Below are positions 50,248 through 60,309 of a stretch of DNA of 64,000 nucleotides, in pieces. The DNA lies in the NCBI GenBank assembly GCA_000405685.1, contig ASPF01000012.1:14326-78325 (forward strand), in the 5' to 3' direction. Every line of letters starts with the position of its first letter. Positions within the stretch are counted from its first letter, which is position 1. The notes beneath the pieces were generated by a model that worked only from the letters and a program-made list of their open reading frames with translations, was not told the origin of the DNA and searched no databases. Position numbers and translations under genes: made by a program. The DNA comes from Candidatus Geocrenenecus sp. JGI 0000106-J15 (GTDB lineage: Archaea; Thermoproteota; Nitrososphaeria_A; Caldarchaeales; Wolframiiraptoraceae).

Positions 50248-51519
50248 ATGAAGAATGGACCAGGCATATTCCAGTTAGCAGTCATTAATAAGAAGGATCA
50301 AAGAAGATATGAAGAGATAATTGAAACTAGACTAGAGATATTCGACTTTGTCACACTCAAGGAAAAATATATAGGACTAGACAATGATCAAGCAATAATT
50401 TTACATTTCTCTAATCCTTCGATCTTAGATGAGAGAAGCAGTGGTATAATATCTGTTGAATGTTATCCAGATGATCTTGTTAATGTTTTTGAGAAGATGA
50501 GGCTGGATATTTCATTAAAGGATCTTGGAGGGATGCTTGATGGTGTTGATGGATTCTTTACAGGCTTCATCATGGATAAGTCTAGAATTGTTATGTTTAG
50601 AGATCATGTAGGAGCTATACCATGCAATTACAGGGTTGATGATAGCTCTTTTGTGGCCACATCTTTTAAGAAGATGGTTGATGGATCGGTTTCCACTCCA
50701 CCTGGGAGGATAATTGTCTGGGATGGTAGATCATTTAAGATTCATAGATGGTATAGGTGGAGAAGATTTACTGGAGACTATATTGTTGAACTGAAGAATA
50801 GGTTGATTGATGTTTTCTCAAGATATCTTCCAGATAGTTTTAGTCTAGGTTTCTCAGGTGGTTTAGATAGTGTATTGATTGCTTATATCGGTTCTATGCT
50901 TGGAAGAAGGATAGAATGTATAACTGTTGGAGCTGAGGATTCTATTGATTTTCAGTGGGCTGAAGAAGCAGCAGCACCATTAGGTTTAAAACTTAAGAAG
51001 ATTATGATTGATGAAAAACTTGTAAAAAATACTGTAGAAGTTGTTTCAAGATATTTGGTAGAGCCAACCCTTATGGATCTATCTATAGCCTCGGTATTCT
51101 ATCTTGTGTCCACAAATAGTGTTCATGGCTTCATTGTTTCTGGTCAAGGTGCAGATGAGCTATTCGGTGGATACTATAAGTATGTAAAGCTTGGAAGAGA
51201 GAAAGGACTAGGATATGTTCAAGGCGTCATGATGAAAGATATACTTGAGTTGCATAAGACGAATATTGAGAGAGACTACTTAACAGTAGCAGTCGCAGGT
51301 AGGAAACTTATTCAACCATACTTGGCCAAGAAGATCTATGAAACAGCATTATCCACTCCAGTAAGCTTGAAGATTAGCCTAGAGAATAATTCTGAAAGAA
51401 AGATAATATTGAGGAAAGTAGGCAGGATACTTAGACTTCCAGATAAATTAATAGGGAGACCTAAGAAAGCATTACAATATAGTTCAAAAATACAGAAAAT
51501 GTTTTCCTCTGCTGTATAA
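50248..51519 (+). CDS. Asparagine-synthase-like PP-loop ATP pyrophosphatase (AsnB family paralog) with a degenerate N-terminal glutaminase-like domain.
   Basis: FSLGFSGGLDSVLIAYIG is the SGGxDS PP-loop. ...GQGADELFGGY matches the AsnB C-domain. No N-terminal Cys2. Confidence 0.6.
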   Translation: MKNGPGIFQLAVINKKDQRRYEEIIETRLEIFDFVTLKEKYIGLDNDQAIILHFSNPSILDERSSGIISVECYPDDLVNVFEKMRLDISLKDLGGMLDGVDGFFTGFIMDKSRIVMFRDHVGAIPCNYRVDDSSFVATSFKKMVDGSVSTPPGRIIVWDGRSFKIHRWYRWRRFTGDYIVELKNRLIDVFSRYLPDSFSLGFSGGLDSVLIAYIGSMLGRRIECITVGAEDSIDFQWAEEAAAPLGLKLKKIMIDEKLVKNTVEVVSRYLVEPTLMDLSIASVFYLVSTNSVHGFIVSGQGADELFGGYYKYVKLGREKGLGYVQGVMMKDILELHKTNIERDYLTVAVAGRKLIQPYLAKKIYETALSTPVSLKISLENNSERKIILRKVGRILRLPDKLIGRPKKALQYSSKIQKMFSSAV

Positions 51520-51626
51520 ATGTTATAGGGTTGGTGAGTGGCCCCTTGGAATAAGTTATTGTAGAGAAAATATCATCGTTTTCATAAAGATAATGATTAA
51601 ATAGAATATTTCTTGAATTATGCTCG

Positions 51627-52049
51627 ATGAGGAAGAGGCTAATACCGTTAATAGCATTATTAACAATGTTGGCTGTAGTAGCAGTAGCATACTCTGTAGA
51701 AATAAGTCTTCCTGAAGGAGAACCGCCAGACCTAGGTGCAACACCTAATGTAGTTGTGGCATGTCCGACACCGAAAGGTACCCTTTGTCAGATAGACAGT
51801 ATAAAGTGGATAATCTCGCCAACCCCTCCAAGAATGGTTACGGGTGTAAAAATTGACTGGAACCCTGGAAGTGCAAGTGGATATGATGTATACGTTGAAT
51901 TATACAATAGTGGCGATAATTACGTTGGAGGTGGGTCGGCAACTAGCACGAATACTGATCCTTTGGAAGTATCTTTCTCCGCATCAGTCAATCCTAAGGA
52001 TATCGATAAGATAAGGATAGTGATAATTGAAACTGGAGGTTACGAGTGA
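51627..52049 (+). CDS. Small secreted protein 1 (signal peptide ending VAVAYS|VEIS).
   Basis: N-terminal MRKRLIPLIALLTMLAVVAVAYS; the beta-rich mature part is ~115 aa. Confidence 0.55.
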   Translation: MRKRLIPLIALLTMLAVVAVAYSVEISLPEGEPPDLGATPNVVVACPTPKGTLCQIDSIKWIISPTPPRMVTGVKIDWNPGSASGYDVYVELYNSGDNYVGGGSATSTNTDPLEVSFSASVNPKDIDKIRIVIIETGGYE

Positions 52050-52069
52050 AATAAAGAGGCTAAAAATCT

Positions 52070-52546
52070 ATGAAGGGTAGACTTCCAAACTTCCTCTTTT
52101 TATTTTTTCTCATAATCACGTTCTTCATATTATTCTCTATTCTCGAAGCATACTCAACCCTAATAACAATATCAGAAGTAGAACCATTACCTGGGAGAAG
52201 TAGTATCACATATCTTCTCTCAAAATATACTGGTAGCCATGGAAGGTTTAACTTCATGGTTGAGACGAGGAGCGTAAGGCTTCAACCAACAGGAGCTTAT
52301 GTGAACTCAGCTGTAATCACATTATACTGGAGTGTAGAATCCCCTCCAGGTCAAAATGGAAGAAACTTCATTATATCAGTAAGACTCTACGATGATGAAG
52401 GAAGAAGTCTAACTAGCGGTTCTGTTACTGTCTGCCTTCTAAAGAGCACAAACTCAGGAAGCTATACTATAACCTTGTCGAACACGAATATTGACGATGT
52501 AGCCAAAGTGGAGACCTCAATAAGAGATGATGGACATTGGTGTTAA
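52070..52546 (+). CDS. Small secreted protein 2 (signal peptide ending LEAYS|TLIT).
   Basis: MKGRLPNFLFLFFLIITFFILFSILEAYS; Thr/Ser-rich beta-type mature domain. Confidence 0.55.
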   Translation: MKGRLPNFLFLFFLIITFFILFSILEAYSTLITISEVEPLPGRSSITYLLSKYTGSHGRFNFMVETRSVRLQPTGAYVNSAVITLYWSVESPPGQNGRNFIISVRLYDDEGRSLTSGSVTVCLLKSTNSGSYTITLSNTNIDDVAKVETSIRDDGHWC

Positions 52547-52932
52547 ACATGATGAAGAAGACTCTTATCATATTTATCTTCATAATCTTAATAACTACTA
52601 CATTAGCATACTCTACAGCAATCTACGTTGGAGACCTAGGCCAGCTTGGAGCATCTGAAAAAACACCTGTAGCTAAATATAATCTCAGAGTCTACTCAGT
52701 CTCAATAACGGTTGAAAACAATCAGATAACAAGTATAACGATAACAGTAGCATCATCCATTCCAGGAAACTACAATATATATGCAAGAGTCACGAGTGGG
52801 TCATGTAGTGCAACTGCCACTTGGAACAATGTAGACCTTTCAACACAGAGAACACTCTCATCATCTCTCACGCCACAATGTAGCTATACTCCTCCTGGTG
52901 CCGCAGTCGAGGTAGGAGGTGAGCCTGTATGA
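52537..52932 (+). CDS. Small secreted protein 3 (signal peptide ending TLAYS|TAIY).
   Basis: MMKKTLIIFIFIILITTTLAYS; the mature domain is compositionally similar to protein 2. Confidence 0.55.
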   Translation: MVLNMMKKTLIIFIFIILITTTLAYSTAIYVGDLGQLGASEKTPVAKYNLRVYSVSITVENNQITSITITVASSIPGNYNIYARVTSGSCSATATWNNVDLSTQRTLSSSLTPQCSYTPPGAAVEVGGEPV

Positions 52933-53588
52933 AGCTTAAACTACTAACTATATTCATGGTTACAGTTATAGTTTTAATGAGTCTTGGGTTTGTTGATGAT
53001 ATTAGATTGTATCGTATTGTTTCTCCTAGTATGGAGCCTCTTATACCTGTAGGCTCGCTTGTAGTAGTCTCACGTTCTGAGCCAGTCGGTATCGGAGACA
53101 TAGTAGCATATAGGCTAGACGTAATAGGTAGAAGCTATACACTTGTACACAGAGTAGTCGATGTTAAAGATGGATACTATACTATTAGAGCAGATGTTGA
53201 CCCTACAAGTGCAGGTGAAACATTAGAAGCAGGGAAGATTATTGGTAAAGTAGTATTGGCTATACCATTCCTAGGATATATTGCAGGAGTAGTAGCTGTT
53301 CTACCAGCTATGATATTATTGATACCTCTTGCATCAAAGAAAGATGGTATGGGCTTCCCGACAGCAGCCTTCATATCATTCCTACCATCGATCCTACCTA
53401 TACATGGTCTCGCAGCATCCATAGGCCAGATACCCTTCACAGCGATAACAGCTGGCTCAATAATAACTACAAGAATAATACTAGAGAAGAAAGATAAAGA
53501 TATAGCAGAATTAGTTTATCTAGTCGCTGCAGCAGTAAGCATTATAAGCATCAACGTAGTAGAGATGGTGGGCTGGCTTGCCACCTAG
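52929..53588 (+). CDS. Type I signal peptidase of the archaeal/eukaryal Sec11/SipW type (Ser-His), with a C-terminal polytopic extension.
   Basis: The Ser box is RIVSPSMEPLIPVGSLVVV. GDIVAY. The His box is TLVHRVVDV. An N-terminal TM is present, plus ~100 extra hydrophobic C-terminal residues. Confidence 0.7.
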   Translation: MKLKLLTIFMVTVIVLMSLGFVDDIRLYRIVSPSMEPLIPVGSLVVVSRSEPVGIGDIVAYRLDVIGRSYTLVHRVVDVKDGYYTIRADVDPTSAGETLEAGKIIGKVVLAIPFLGYIAGVVAVLPAMILLIPLASKKDGMGFPTAAFISFLPSILPIHGLAASIGQIPFTAITAGSIITTRIILEKKDKDIAELVYLVAAAVSIISINVVEMVGWLAT

Positions 53589-55437
53589 ACAATTAACATT
53601 CTTCATAACAATAATAATTCTGGCAGCCCTCCTAGCATATACTATCAACACAGGATACACAACAACTGAATATATAATCAACTCAAACTACATAGTACCA
53701 CTAACACTAAACGGTGTTGAAGCACAACCACCAGTCAAAGCATTAGCTGGAGATACAGTATGCGTAAAAGAACTTACAGTATATCTGCAGCAAAATAAGC
53801 GGCTAGTATTTAGAGGATGGGATGATGGATTAACAGACCAATGTAGAGTAGCTGGAGGAAACCATACAGCAATATACGAGATGGAGGTCCTACTACAAGT
53901 CTACACCGAACCCAAGGCATTAAGAAAGAGTGAATGGGTGAAAGCAGGCTCCCTAATAAAACTAGAATACCCTGAGATCTACTATCAAGATGGATCAGAG
54001 AGATATGTTTTCGAGTCGTGGAGTAGTGGAGAAAACCCATTCCACCCAACCAACATAATCTATGTCTCTGAGCCAACCCGTCTAGAAGCAAGATACATCA
54101 AGGAATATCTTATAACAGCTGTAGGAGAAGCAGAGATAAATGGTACAGGATGGTATAGAGAAGGAGAAGTAGCAGTACTAGCTACACCGCCAGTAATCTA
54201 TCTATCAAATGATGAGAGATTAATCTTTACAGGATGGGAATCTATAGGACCAGTACCTGTAATCATCAACAGCCCCCAGAGTCCTATCACCATAATAAAC
54301 GTTAAAGGTCCATATATCTTAGAAGCAAAATATGAGAAACAATATAGAGTTGAGGTAACAAGCCCTAAAGGTGTATTATTTAAAGGATGGGTGAGAGACG
54401 GCGAGACGATTAGGATACAAGCAGACCCAACGATACAGCTACAAGAAGATGTAAGGCTGAGATTCATAAGATGGAGTTTAAGCGACCTTCCATCAGTACC
54501 AGACTTAACCCTCCAAGTACATCAACCATACAATCTAACAGCACTATACATTAAGCAATACTATCTAGCAGTAGAATCCCAGTATGGTGTAGCAGGTGCA
54601 GGATGGTATGACGAAGGAGCAATAGCAACTGTTAGAGCAAACCCCCAGCCTCCATCCAACATCTTGATAAACAGGAAACTAGTAGGATACTCAGGAGACT
54701 GCCAAGAAGATTGTCAGACAACCAATGGGGCAATAACATTAAAGATGGATTCACCTAAGAAGATAAGAACGATCTATGCTACTGAGCCAAACCTACTAAC
54801 AATAGGGATAATAACAGGGATAGGTGGAGCACTAGTAGCAGTATACGCTCTAACAGGTAGGAGAAAGCCTGAAGAAGTTGAGGTGAAAATCGAGGAAGCA
54901 TTAAAGGCAAAAACAATGAAAGAACCTGCTACTGCTGCCGCCCCCTCAAAAGCATTATTCAAATGCATGGAGTGTGGAGCAACTATTAGAGGTCAAGATA
55001 AAGCATTAAAACATTCAAGAAAACATAGATATGATAATATAGTTAAAGAATATGTAGCATTAGAAGAGATTGCTGAACCGATAAGTGAGAGGACAGCGAT
55101 ACTATGGATGAAAGGACTTAGACTTAGAATTACTCCACCAGAGCAGCCGACTGTTAAAGACCTTGTAAAGCCAGGGGACATCGTAAGATACACAGAGATA
55201 CCTGGAAGACTTAGAGTAGAGGTAGTTGAGAAGCATGAAAGATACGGTCTACCAGTCTTTACAGTAATAGCTGTCCCAGAAGAAGCTGGAAAGAATGGAT
55301 ATAGAAGATACATAAACGACCTAGTAGCACAAGATGGAAAAATATACTGTATAGATGAGGAATGCAGCTGTAGACTCTCCATAGAAGAACGTGCACCAAG
55401 ACTCAAGCAAGAGGAAAGCATCCCGAAACCCTCATAG
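53578..55437 (+). CDS. Large membrane protein: signal peptide (LLAYT|INT), four ~85-aa extracellular repeats, one TM helix, and a ~200-aa cytoplasmic domain with Zn-ribbon motifs.
   Basis: Repeats have the pattern ...[LV]xF[RT]GW... ... L.A.Y[IK]K[EQ]Y. TM is LLTIGIITGIGGALVAVYAL. The cytoplasmic part carries CMECGATIRGQDKALKHSRKH and CIDEECSC. Confidence 0.55.
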   Translation: MPPRQLTFFITIIILAALLAYTINTGYTTTEYIINSNYIVPLTLNGVEAQPPVKALAGDTVCVKELTVYLQQNKRLVFRGWDDGLTDQCRVAGGNHTAIYEMEVLLQVYTEPKALRKSEWVKAGSLIKLEYPEIYYQDGSERYVFESWSSGENPFHPTNIIYVSEPTRLEARYIKEYLITAVGEAEINGTGWYREGEVAVLATPPVIYLSNDERLIFTGWESIGPVPVIINSPQSPITIINVKGPYILEAKYEKQYRVEVTSPKGVLFKGWVRDGETIRIQADPTIQLQEDVRLRFIRWSLSDLPSVPDLTLQVHQPYNLTALYIKQYYLAVESQYGVAGAGWYDEGAIATVRANPQPPSNILINRKLVGYSGDCQEDCQTTNGAITLKMDSPKKIRTIYATEPNLLTIGIITGIGGALVAVYALTGRRKPEEVEVKIEEALKAKTMKEPATAAAPSKALFKCMECGATIRGQDKALKHSRKHRYDNIVKEYVALEEIAEPISERTAILWMKGLRLRITPPEQPTVKDLVKPGDIVRYTEIPGRLRVEVVEKHERYGLPVFTVIAVPEEAGKNGYRRYINDLVAQDGKIYCIDEECSCRLSIEERAPRLKQEESIPKPS

Positions 55438-55515
55438 AAACCAAGAAAATAAAATCACTTAGAGAAGCTCTACAATACATAAGTTGAAGTAGAAACATGA
55501 ATAAAGAGAAGATAA

Positions 55516-56079
55516 ATGAGCAGACTATCAGGAAACCCTATAGAGAGCTTGAAAGAGATCTATGAATTACTCTCTAGACTAAAAGAAGTTAAGAGGACCG
55601 GATGGCTGGAGAGAGGAATTAGAGAACCTGAGTCTGTTGCAGATCACTCTTTCAATGTTACTGCACTCTCAATAATACTAGCAGAGATTAAAGGTCTAGA
55701 TGTTGCTGAAGTAGCTAGAATGGCCATACTCCATGATCTACCAGAAGCAGTGATAGGAGACTTAACACCATCTCAGAAGAAAGAGAGAATAGAAGAAATA
55801 AGAGAAATAGAAGAAGAAATCGTAAAATCGATAACAGAATCCATACCTAGAGAAGTGGGAGAGAAATATCATGAAGCATGGAGAAAACTCGTCGAAGATG
55901 GCTCTCAAGAAGCTAAGCTCGTAAAACTAATCGATAAACTAGAGATGGGGCTACAAGCCGTCAAGTACATTAAAAAAACTGGAAACAAGAAACTACTAGA
56001 AATATACTCTTCTGCAGTAGAATCTGTAAAAGAAGACCCTGAACTACTAGACCTTCTAGAGAAAGCGTTAAATGAATGA
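55516..56079 (+). CDS. HD-domain phosphohydrolase (YfbR-like 5'-deoxynucleotidase family).
   Basis: ESVADHSFNV...ILHDLPEAVIGDLTP are the H...HD...D motifs of the family. Confidence 0.75.
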   Translation: MSRLSGNPIESLKEIYELLSRLKEVKRTGWLERGIREPESVADHSFNVTALSIILAEIKGLDVAEVARMAILHDLPEAVIGDLTPSQKKERIEEIREIEEEIVKSITESIPREVGEKYHEAWRKLVEDGSQEAKLVKLIDKLEMGLQAVKYIKKTGNKKLLEIYSSAVESVKEDPELLDLLEKALNE

Positions 56080-56121
56080 AGATATATACCTCCCCATCTC
56101 CATTTATAGTAGATAGTAAAA

Positions 56122-57216
56122 ATGTTCTTAGCTGATAAGATATCAACAAAAGCAAAATATCCATTTCTTCCAGAAGCTAAACAAGCCTTCATAGCGTCAG
56201 GGTTTGAGCTAGAATCTTTTAAAGATCCATCTACAAGACCTATAGTTGAGAGAGCATCCTCAAGAATCATTAATGCATTACTGCATGGAGAGAACGTCAA
56301 CCCATATGAAGTTGTAGAAGATGATTTAACTGAGCTAGCATCCTTCCCACTTGCAATAATCCTAGCAGCAAAAACAAGCGATAAATATCTTCAGAGAAGA
56401 TTCGCATTAGCAGAAGCATCTATAGCATACAAGAGGCTGAACATGGAAGGAGACCCTGAATTCATCTTAAGAATCGCTAGAGAAGTCTTCAAGATAGATG
56501 TAGAGTATGATGATACATACCCACCATACAGCTACACAGTAAGCTTGATAGACTACTTAAAATCTGCATCTAAATTCAATGACCCAGCCTGGAAGCTGGT
56601 AAACAGAATAGTAGTTAGAGGTAGAGTATACATAGAATCCCGTGAGCTTATCCGTCTTCTAAGAGATAAGATAGAAAGATATATTCTAGAGAATATTGAG
56701 AAAGCGGAGAAAGAAATTGGAAAACTACCAGAGAATCTTGAAGAAGCTGTAAAGAATATTAAAAACAAGATACCTGAAAGAAAAATTGAAGATCTAACAT
56801 TAAAAGAAGGATCAAGACCTGAAGCATGGCCTCCATGCATGAAGTCGATATACTCTAAGCTTAAATCAGGTGAAAGTGTAAGCCATTTCGCAAACTTCAT
56901 GATAGCAGCATTCCTAGTAAATACAGGGGTTCCCACAGAAGAGATAATCTCAATATACTCTCAGAGAAGCGACTTCAATGAAAGAATAGCTAGATACCAG
57001 GTAGAACATATCGCAGGAATGAAAGGTAGTAGGACGAGATACATTACGCCAAGTTGTAGTAAGATAAAGACTAACGGGTTATGTATTGAAGATGGAAGAC
57101 TATGCGGAAACATTAAGAACCCGATGACATACTATAAGAGGAAGATAAGGGAGCTTAAGAGAATTGATAAAGATAAAGCTGAACAGACAGGAGAACACAA
57201 TCAATCTAGCGGCTAG
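56122..57216 (+). CDS. priL: DNA primase large subunit PriL, Fe-S domain.
   Basis: ...EAWPPCMKSIYSKL...VSHFANFMIAAFLVNTG...SIYSQRSDFNERIARYQVEHIAGMKGSRTRYITPSCSKIKTNGLCIEDGRLC contains the PriL Cys ligands and the WPPCM motif. Confidence 0.85.
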   Translation: MFLADKISTKAKYPFLPEAKQAFIASGFELESFKDPSTRPIVERASSRIINALLHGENVNPYEVVEDDLTELASFPLAIILAAKTSDKYLQRRFALAEASIAYKRLNMEGDPEFILRIAREVFKIDVEYDDTYPPYSYTVSLIDYLKSASKFNDPAWKLVNRIVVRGRVYIESRELIRLLRDKIERYILENIEKAEKEIGKLPENLEEAVKNIKNKIPERKIEDLTLKEGSRPEAWPPCMKSIYSKLKSGESVSHFANFMIAAFLVNTGVPTEEIISIYSQRSDFNERIARYQVEHIAGMKGSRTRYITPSCSKIKTNGLCIEDGRLCGNIKNPMTYYKRKIRELKRIDKDKAEQTGEHNQSSG

Positions 57217-57526
57217 CCTAGCTGAAGAACTAGGCTCCCTAGAAGTATTCCCGATAATCAAGAATAATGAAATAGTACTAGATGATTCATCCTCAAGTAG
57301 AATCTTAAGCATTGAAGAAGTATTACCATACATCAGAAGAAGCCTAGAGAAATCAAAGACAAAGTATAGATACATACATGTTAAAGGAGAGACAATCTAC
57401 ATAGAAGATGTAGAAAGCGGAGAGAAAATATCTGAACCTCCCCTACTATTCTGCCCATTCTGTGGATACGCAACACAATATGAAGAAATATACTGGATAC
57501 ATGTAAAAAGCCATGGAGTAATCTAA
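57164..57526 (+). CDS. Small protein with a C-terminal C2H2-like zinc finger; overlaps the priL 3' end by 53 nt.
   Basis: LLFCPFCGYATQYEEIYWIHVKSHG. Confidence 0.4.
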   Translation: MIKIKLNRQENTINLAASLAEELGSLEVFPIIKNNEIVLDDSSSSRILSIEEVLPYIRRSLEKSKTKYRYIHVKGETIYIEDVESGEKISEPPLLFCPFCGYATQYEEIYWIHVKSHGVI

Positions 57527-57530
57527 AACA

Positions 57531-58412
57531 TCATTCCTGGTCTTTAAGAAATATCTTTAATCCTAAATCTCTTTCCGAGATCCCGCTAATCCTTTTATAG
57601 TTAATTGCTGGATCAAGCTTATCCATGGCCCCTACTAGCTCATTATAAGTAGGTTCAAGCTTCTTATAGATTACCCCTACGGGATGCTTACCTTCTCTCT
57701 GAATAGATAAAACTAGATTAACTGCATCTCTAACATCCTCTAGCGGAGCCCCCTCTTCCTCAACATAAACTATCTTCTCTCTTAATTCTCTAACCGTTCT
57801 CATAAGATTAAAAGTGGGACAAACACTCAGTATATTGATTAATGAGAATCCACGATGATTAATCGCTTCCTTAAAGTATTCTTTTAATCTTTTTACATCA
57901 CCAATAAAACCTTGAGCTACAAAAGTTACACCACTCACCAATGCTAAGAGTAGAGGATTAATAGGCTTCTCTGGCCAGCCTGATGGATAATTCTTCATTA
58001 CAGAATAGATAGGAGTAGTAGGTGAAGACTGCCCCCTAGTATTTCCGAATACTCCATTATCTACAACAATATATGTTATCTCTACATTTCTTCTAGCAGT
58101 ATGAACTAGATGGTTGCATCCAATACTATATGCATCTCCATCTCCTGAGACTCCTATAACCTTCAGCCTAGGGTTTGCAAGCTTTACTCCAGTCGCTGTA
58201 GGTAAAACTCTTCCATGTATTCCTTTAACAGCATTAGTATTAATGTAGCTCCAGATGAAGGTTGCGCAACCTATACCACATACTATGACGATCTCTTCAG
58301 GTTTAAGATTAAGCTCATAGAATGCATTCTTTAATGCTTCATAAATAGAGAAGTCACCGCATCCTGGACACCATCTAGGCTTAGCCCGCTCAAAAACATC
58401 CATTAAGCTCAT
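57531..58412 (-). CDS. 2-oxoacid:ferredoxin oxidoreductase beta subunit (TPP-binding).
   Basis: KPRWCPGCGDFSI plus the TPP-binding GDG motif region (GVSGDGDAYSIG). Confidence 0.85.
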   Translation of the reverse strand: MSLMDVFERAKPRWCPGCGDFSIYEALKNAFYELNLKPEEIVIVCGIGCATFIWSYINTNAVKGIHGRVLPTATGVKLANPRLKVIGVSGDGDAYSIGCNHLVHTARRNVEITYIVVDNGVFGNTRGQSSPTTPIYSVMKNYPSGWPEKPINPLLLALVSGVTFVAQGFIGDVKRLKEYFKEAINHRGFSLINILSVCPTFNLMRTVRELREKIVYVEEEGAPLEDVRDAVNLVLSIQREGKHPVGVIYKKLEPTYNELVGAMDKLDPAINYKRISGISERDLGLKIFLKDQE

Positions 58413-60151
58413 CCACCTCCATCATAGACTAGTCCACGATAGATCTCTACAGGTCTAAACGGGCATCCATCAAACTTCCTTATACTCCTTAACTCAGCAG
58501 TCTTCGGAAGCTTTGAAGATACAAGATTCAAGAGTTGACCTGAAGCATTCTGCTCAATAACATATATCTTCTCAACATTCTTTAGAGTTTCTTCAAGCAT
58601 CCTTGGAAGAGGCCACAACTGCTTCAAAGGTATATGCAGCATCATTCTACTAGATTTTCTAATCTTCTCTAAAGCTTCTTCTACAGCACCTCTACATGAA
58701 CCAATACTGACAACAGCTTCACAAGCTTCAGCATCCCCTAAAACCTCCCATCCTACAGGGCTCTCTTCCAGCTCTCCTAATTTTCTCAACCTCTTTATAG
58801 ACATGTCAACATGTATCTTACCATCCTGCGTGCCTAAACCTTTAACATCATGCTCTACACTACTGGCTACAACTAGAAAACCATCAAGAGGCGGAGAAGG
58901 AATACCATCAGCTGAACCACTATAGCTAGGAAATACTTGTAGTAGACCTCCTCCGACACTGGAGACATTCTTACGACCTGAAGTTCTAGATGCTTCAAGC
59001 TTATCTAGAGTAAAATAATTCATTACGTAAACCTGGTCTAGCAACAATATTACTGGACACCTATATCTATCAGCAAGCTCGAAAGCCAGCATAGTCATAC
59101 TATAATATTCTTCTATAGTGGAGGGGGCTAAAACAATCCTTGGAACATCTCCATGGGATGGATGTGTCGCTAAGTCTATATCTCCCTGCTCATAAGCTGT
59201 TGGCATACCCGTACTTGGACCAACTCTCTGAACATCTACAACTACTATAGGTATCTCAGCCATGGCTGCGAACCCAATCCCCTCAACCATTAAAGACAAC
59301 CCTGGACCAGATGTTGCAGTCATAGATCTAGCTCCAGCATAACTTGCACCTATAATCATGCTGATTGCAGAAAGCTCATCTTCAACTTGGACAGCTAGAC
59401 CCCCAACTTCTGGAAACCACTTCATAATCTTCTCCATTATACTAGTAGATGGTGTAATAGGATAGCCAGCGAAGAACTTGCATCCAGCAGATAATGCACC
59501 TAGAGCAACCATATCTGAGCCCTGCACAATACTCTTCGAGGCACTTAAGCTAGGTAGATCAAAGCTTTCTAAACCGCTCTCAATAAATAATTTGTATCCT
59601 GCCTCAACCCCTCTAAGATTAGATTCTAAGAGATCTTTCTTTGAAATCTTCTCTAAAACTATTGAGACAGAATTATATCCGAGTCCAAGCAATCCCGAGA
59701 TAAAACCTACTACAACAATATTAGGTCTAGACTTAGCCTCCGATGATGTCTTCTTTAATGGTTGCCTAAAGACCCTGCAATTATATTGAGGGATGCTTAA
59801 ACTTTCATCAATTAAGATTATGCTATCTCTTAACAGTAAATCATCAACATCTTTCACCCCAGACTCATCGAGTACAGCTAGAACGTCTATTTTATCTGGA
59901 GGAGCACTAATCTCTACATCAGAGATTCTAATCTCTGAATAAGTAGATCCACCTCTAACAATTGTTGGAAACCATCTAAAAGTATACACGTTTAACCCTT
60001 TTAAAGCACATGCTCCAACTATAACTTCAGTTGCAAACTCTATACCCTGACCTGTCAGCCCAGCAATCCTTACTGAGACATCTTTCAAGACGACTTCATA
60101 AACAGATCGCAAACACTCTCTCAAAAATATTCCTAGAGACATCAAAGTCAT
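58409..60151 (-). CDS. 2-oxoacid:ferredoxin oxidoreductase alpha subunit (fused gamma-alpha, Sulfolobus/Aeropyrum type).
   Basis: Size 580 aa. The N-terminal gamma-like domain reads IAGLTGQGIEFATEV. ...AGYPITPST... The stop overlaps the beta-subunit start. Confidence 0.8.
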   Translation of the reverse strand: MTLMSLGIFLRECLRSVYEVVLKDVSVRIAGLTGQGIEFATEVIVGACALKGLNVYTFRWFPTIVRGGSTYSEIRISDVEISAPPDKIDVLAVLDESGVKDVDDLLLRDSIILIDESLSIPQYNCRVFRQPLKKTSSEAKSRPNIVVVGFISGLLGLGYNSVSIVLEKISKKDLLESNLRGVEAGYKLFIESGLESFDLPSLSASKSIVQGSDMVALGALSAGCKFFAGYPITPSTSIMEKIMKWFPEVGGLAVQVEDELSAISMIIGASYAGARSMTATSGPGLSLMVEGIGFAAMAEIPIVVVDVQRVGPSTGMPTAYEQGDIDLATHPSHGDVPRIVLAPSTIEEYYSMTMLAFELADRYRCPVILLLDQVYVMNYFTLDKLEASRTSGRKNVSSVGGGLLQVFPSYSGSADGIPSPPLDGFLVVASSVEHDVKGLGTQDGKIHVDMSIKRLRKLGELEESPVGWEVLGDAEACEAVVSIGSCRGAVEEALEKIRKSSRMMLHIPLKQLWPLPRMLEETLKNVEKIYVIEQNASGQLLNLVSSKLPKTAELRSIRKFDGCPFRPVEIYRGLVYDGGG

Positions 60152-60309
60152 AAGACATAACTAAAATGAGATAGAATAAATTCCGTAAGAAGAAAAATAT
60201 TTAATATTTTAGGAAAGAATAAGGCAATTGTTTGCATAATTCGAAAAATGTCAAGAATAACTTTACTAGAATATACGATCTTAGAGTTGACTTACCTGTT
60301 AGATGAATT

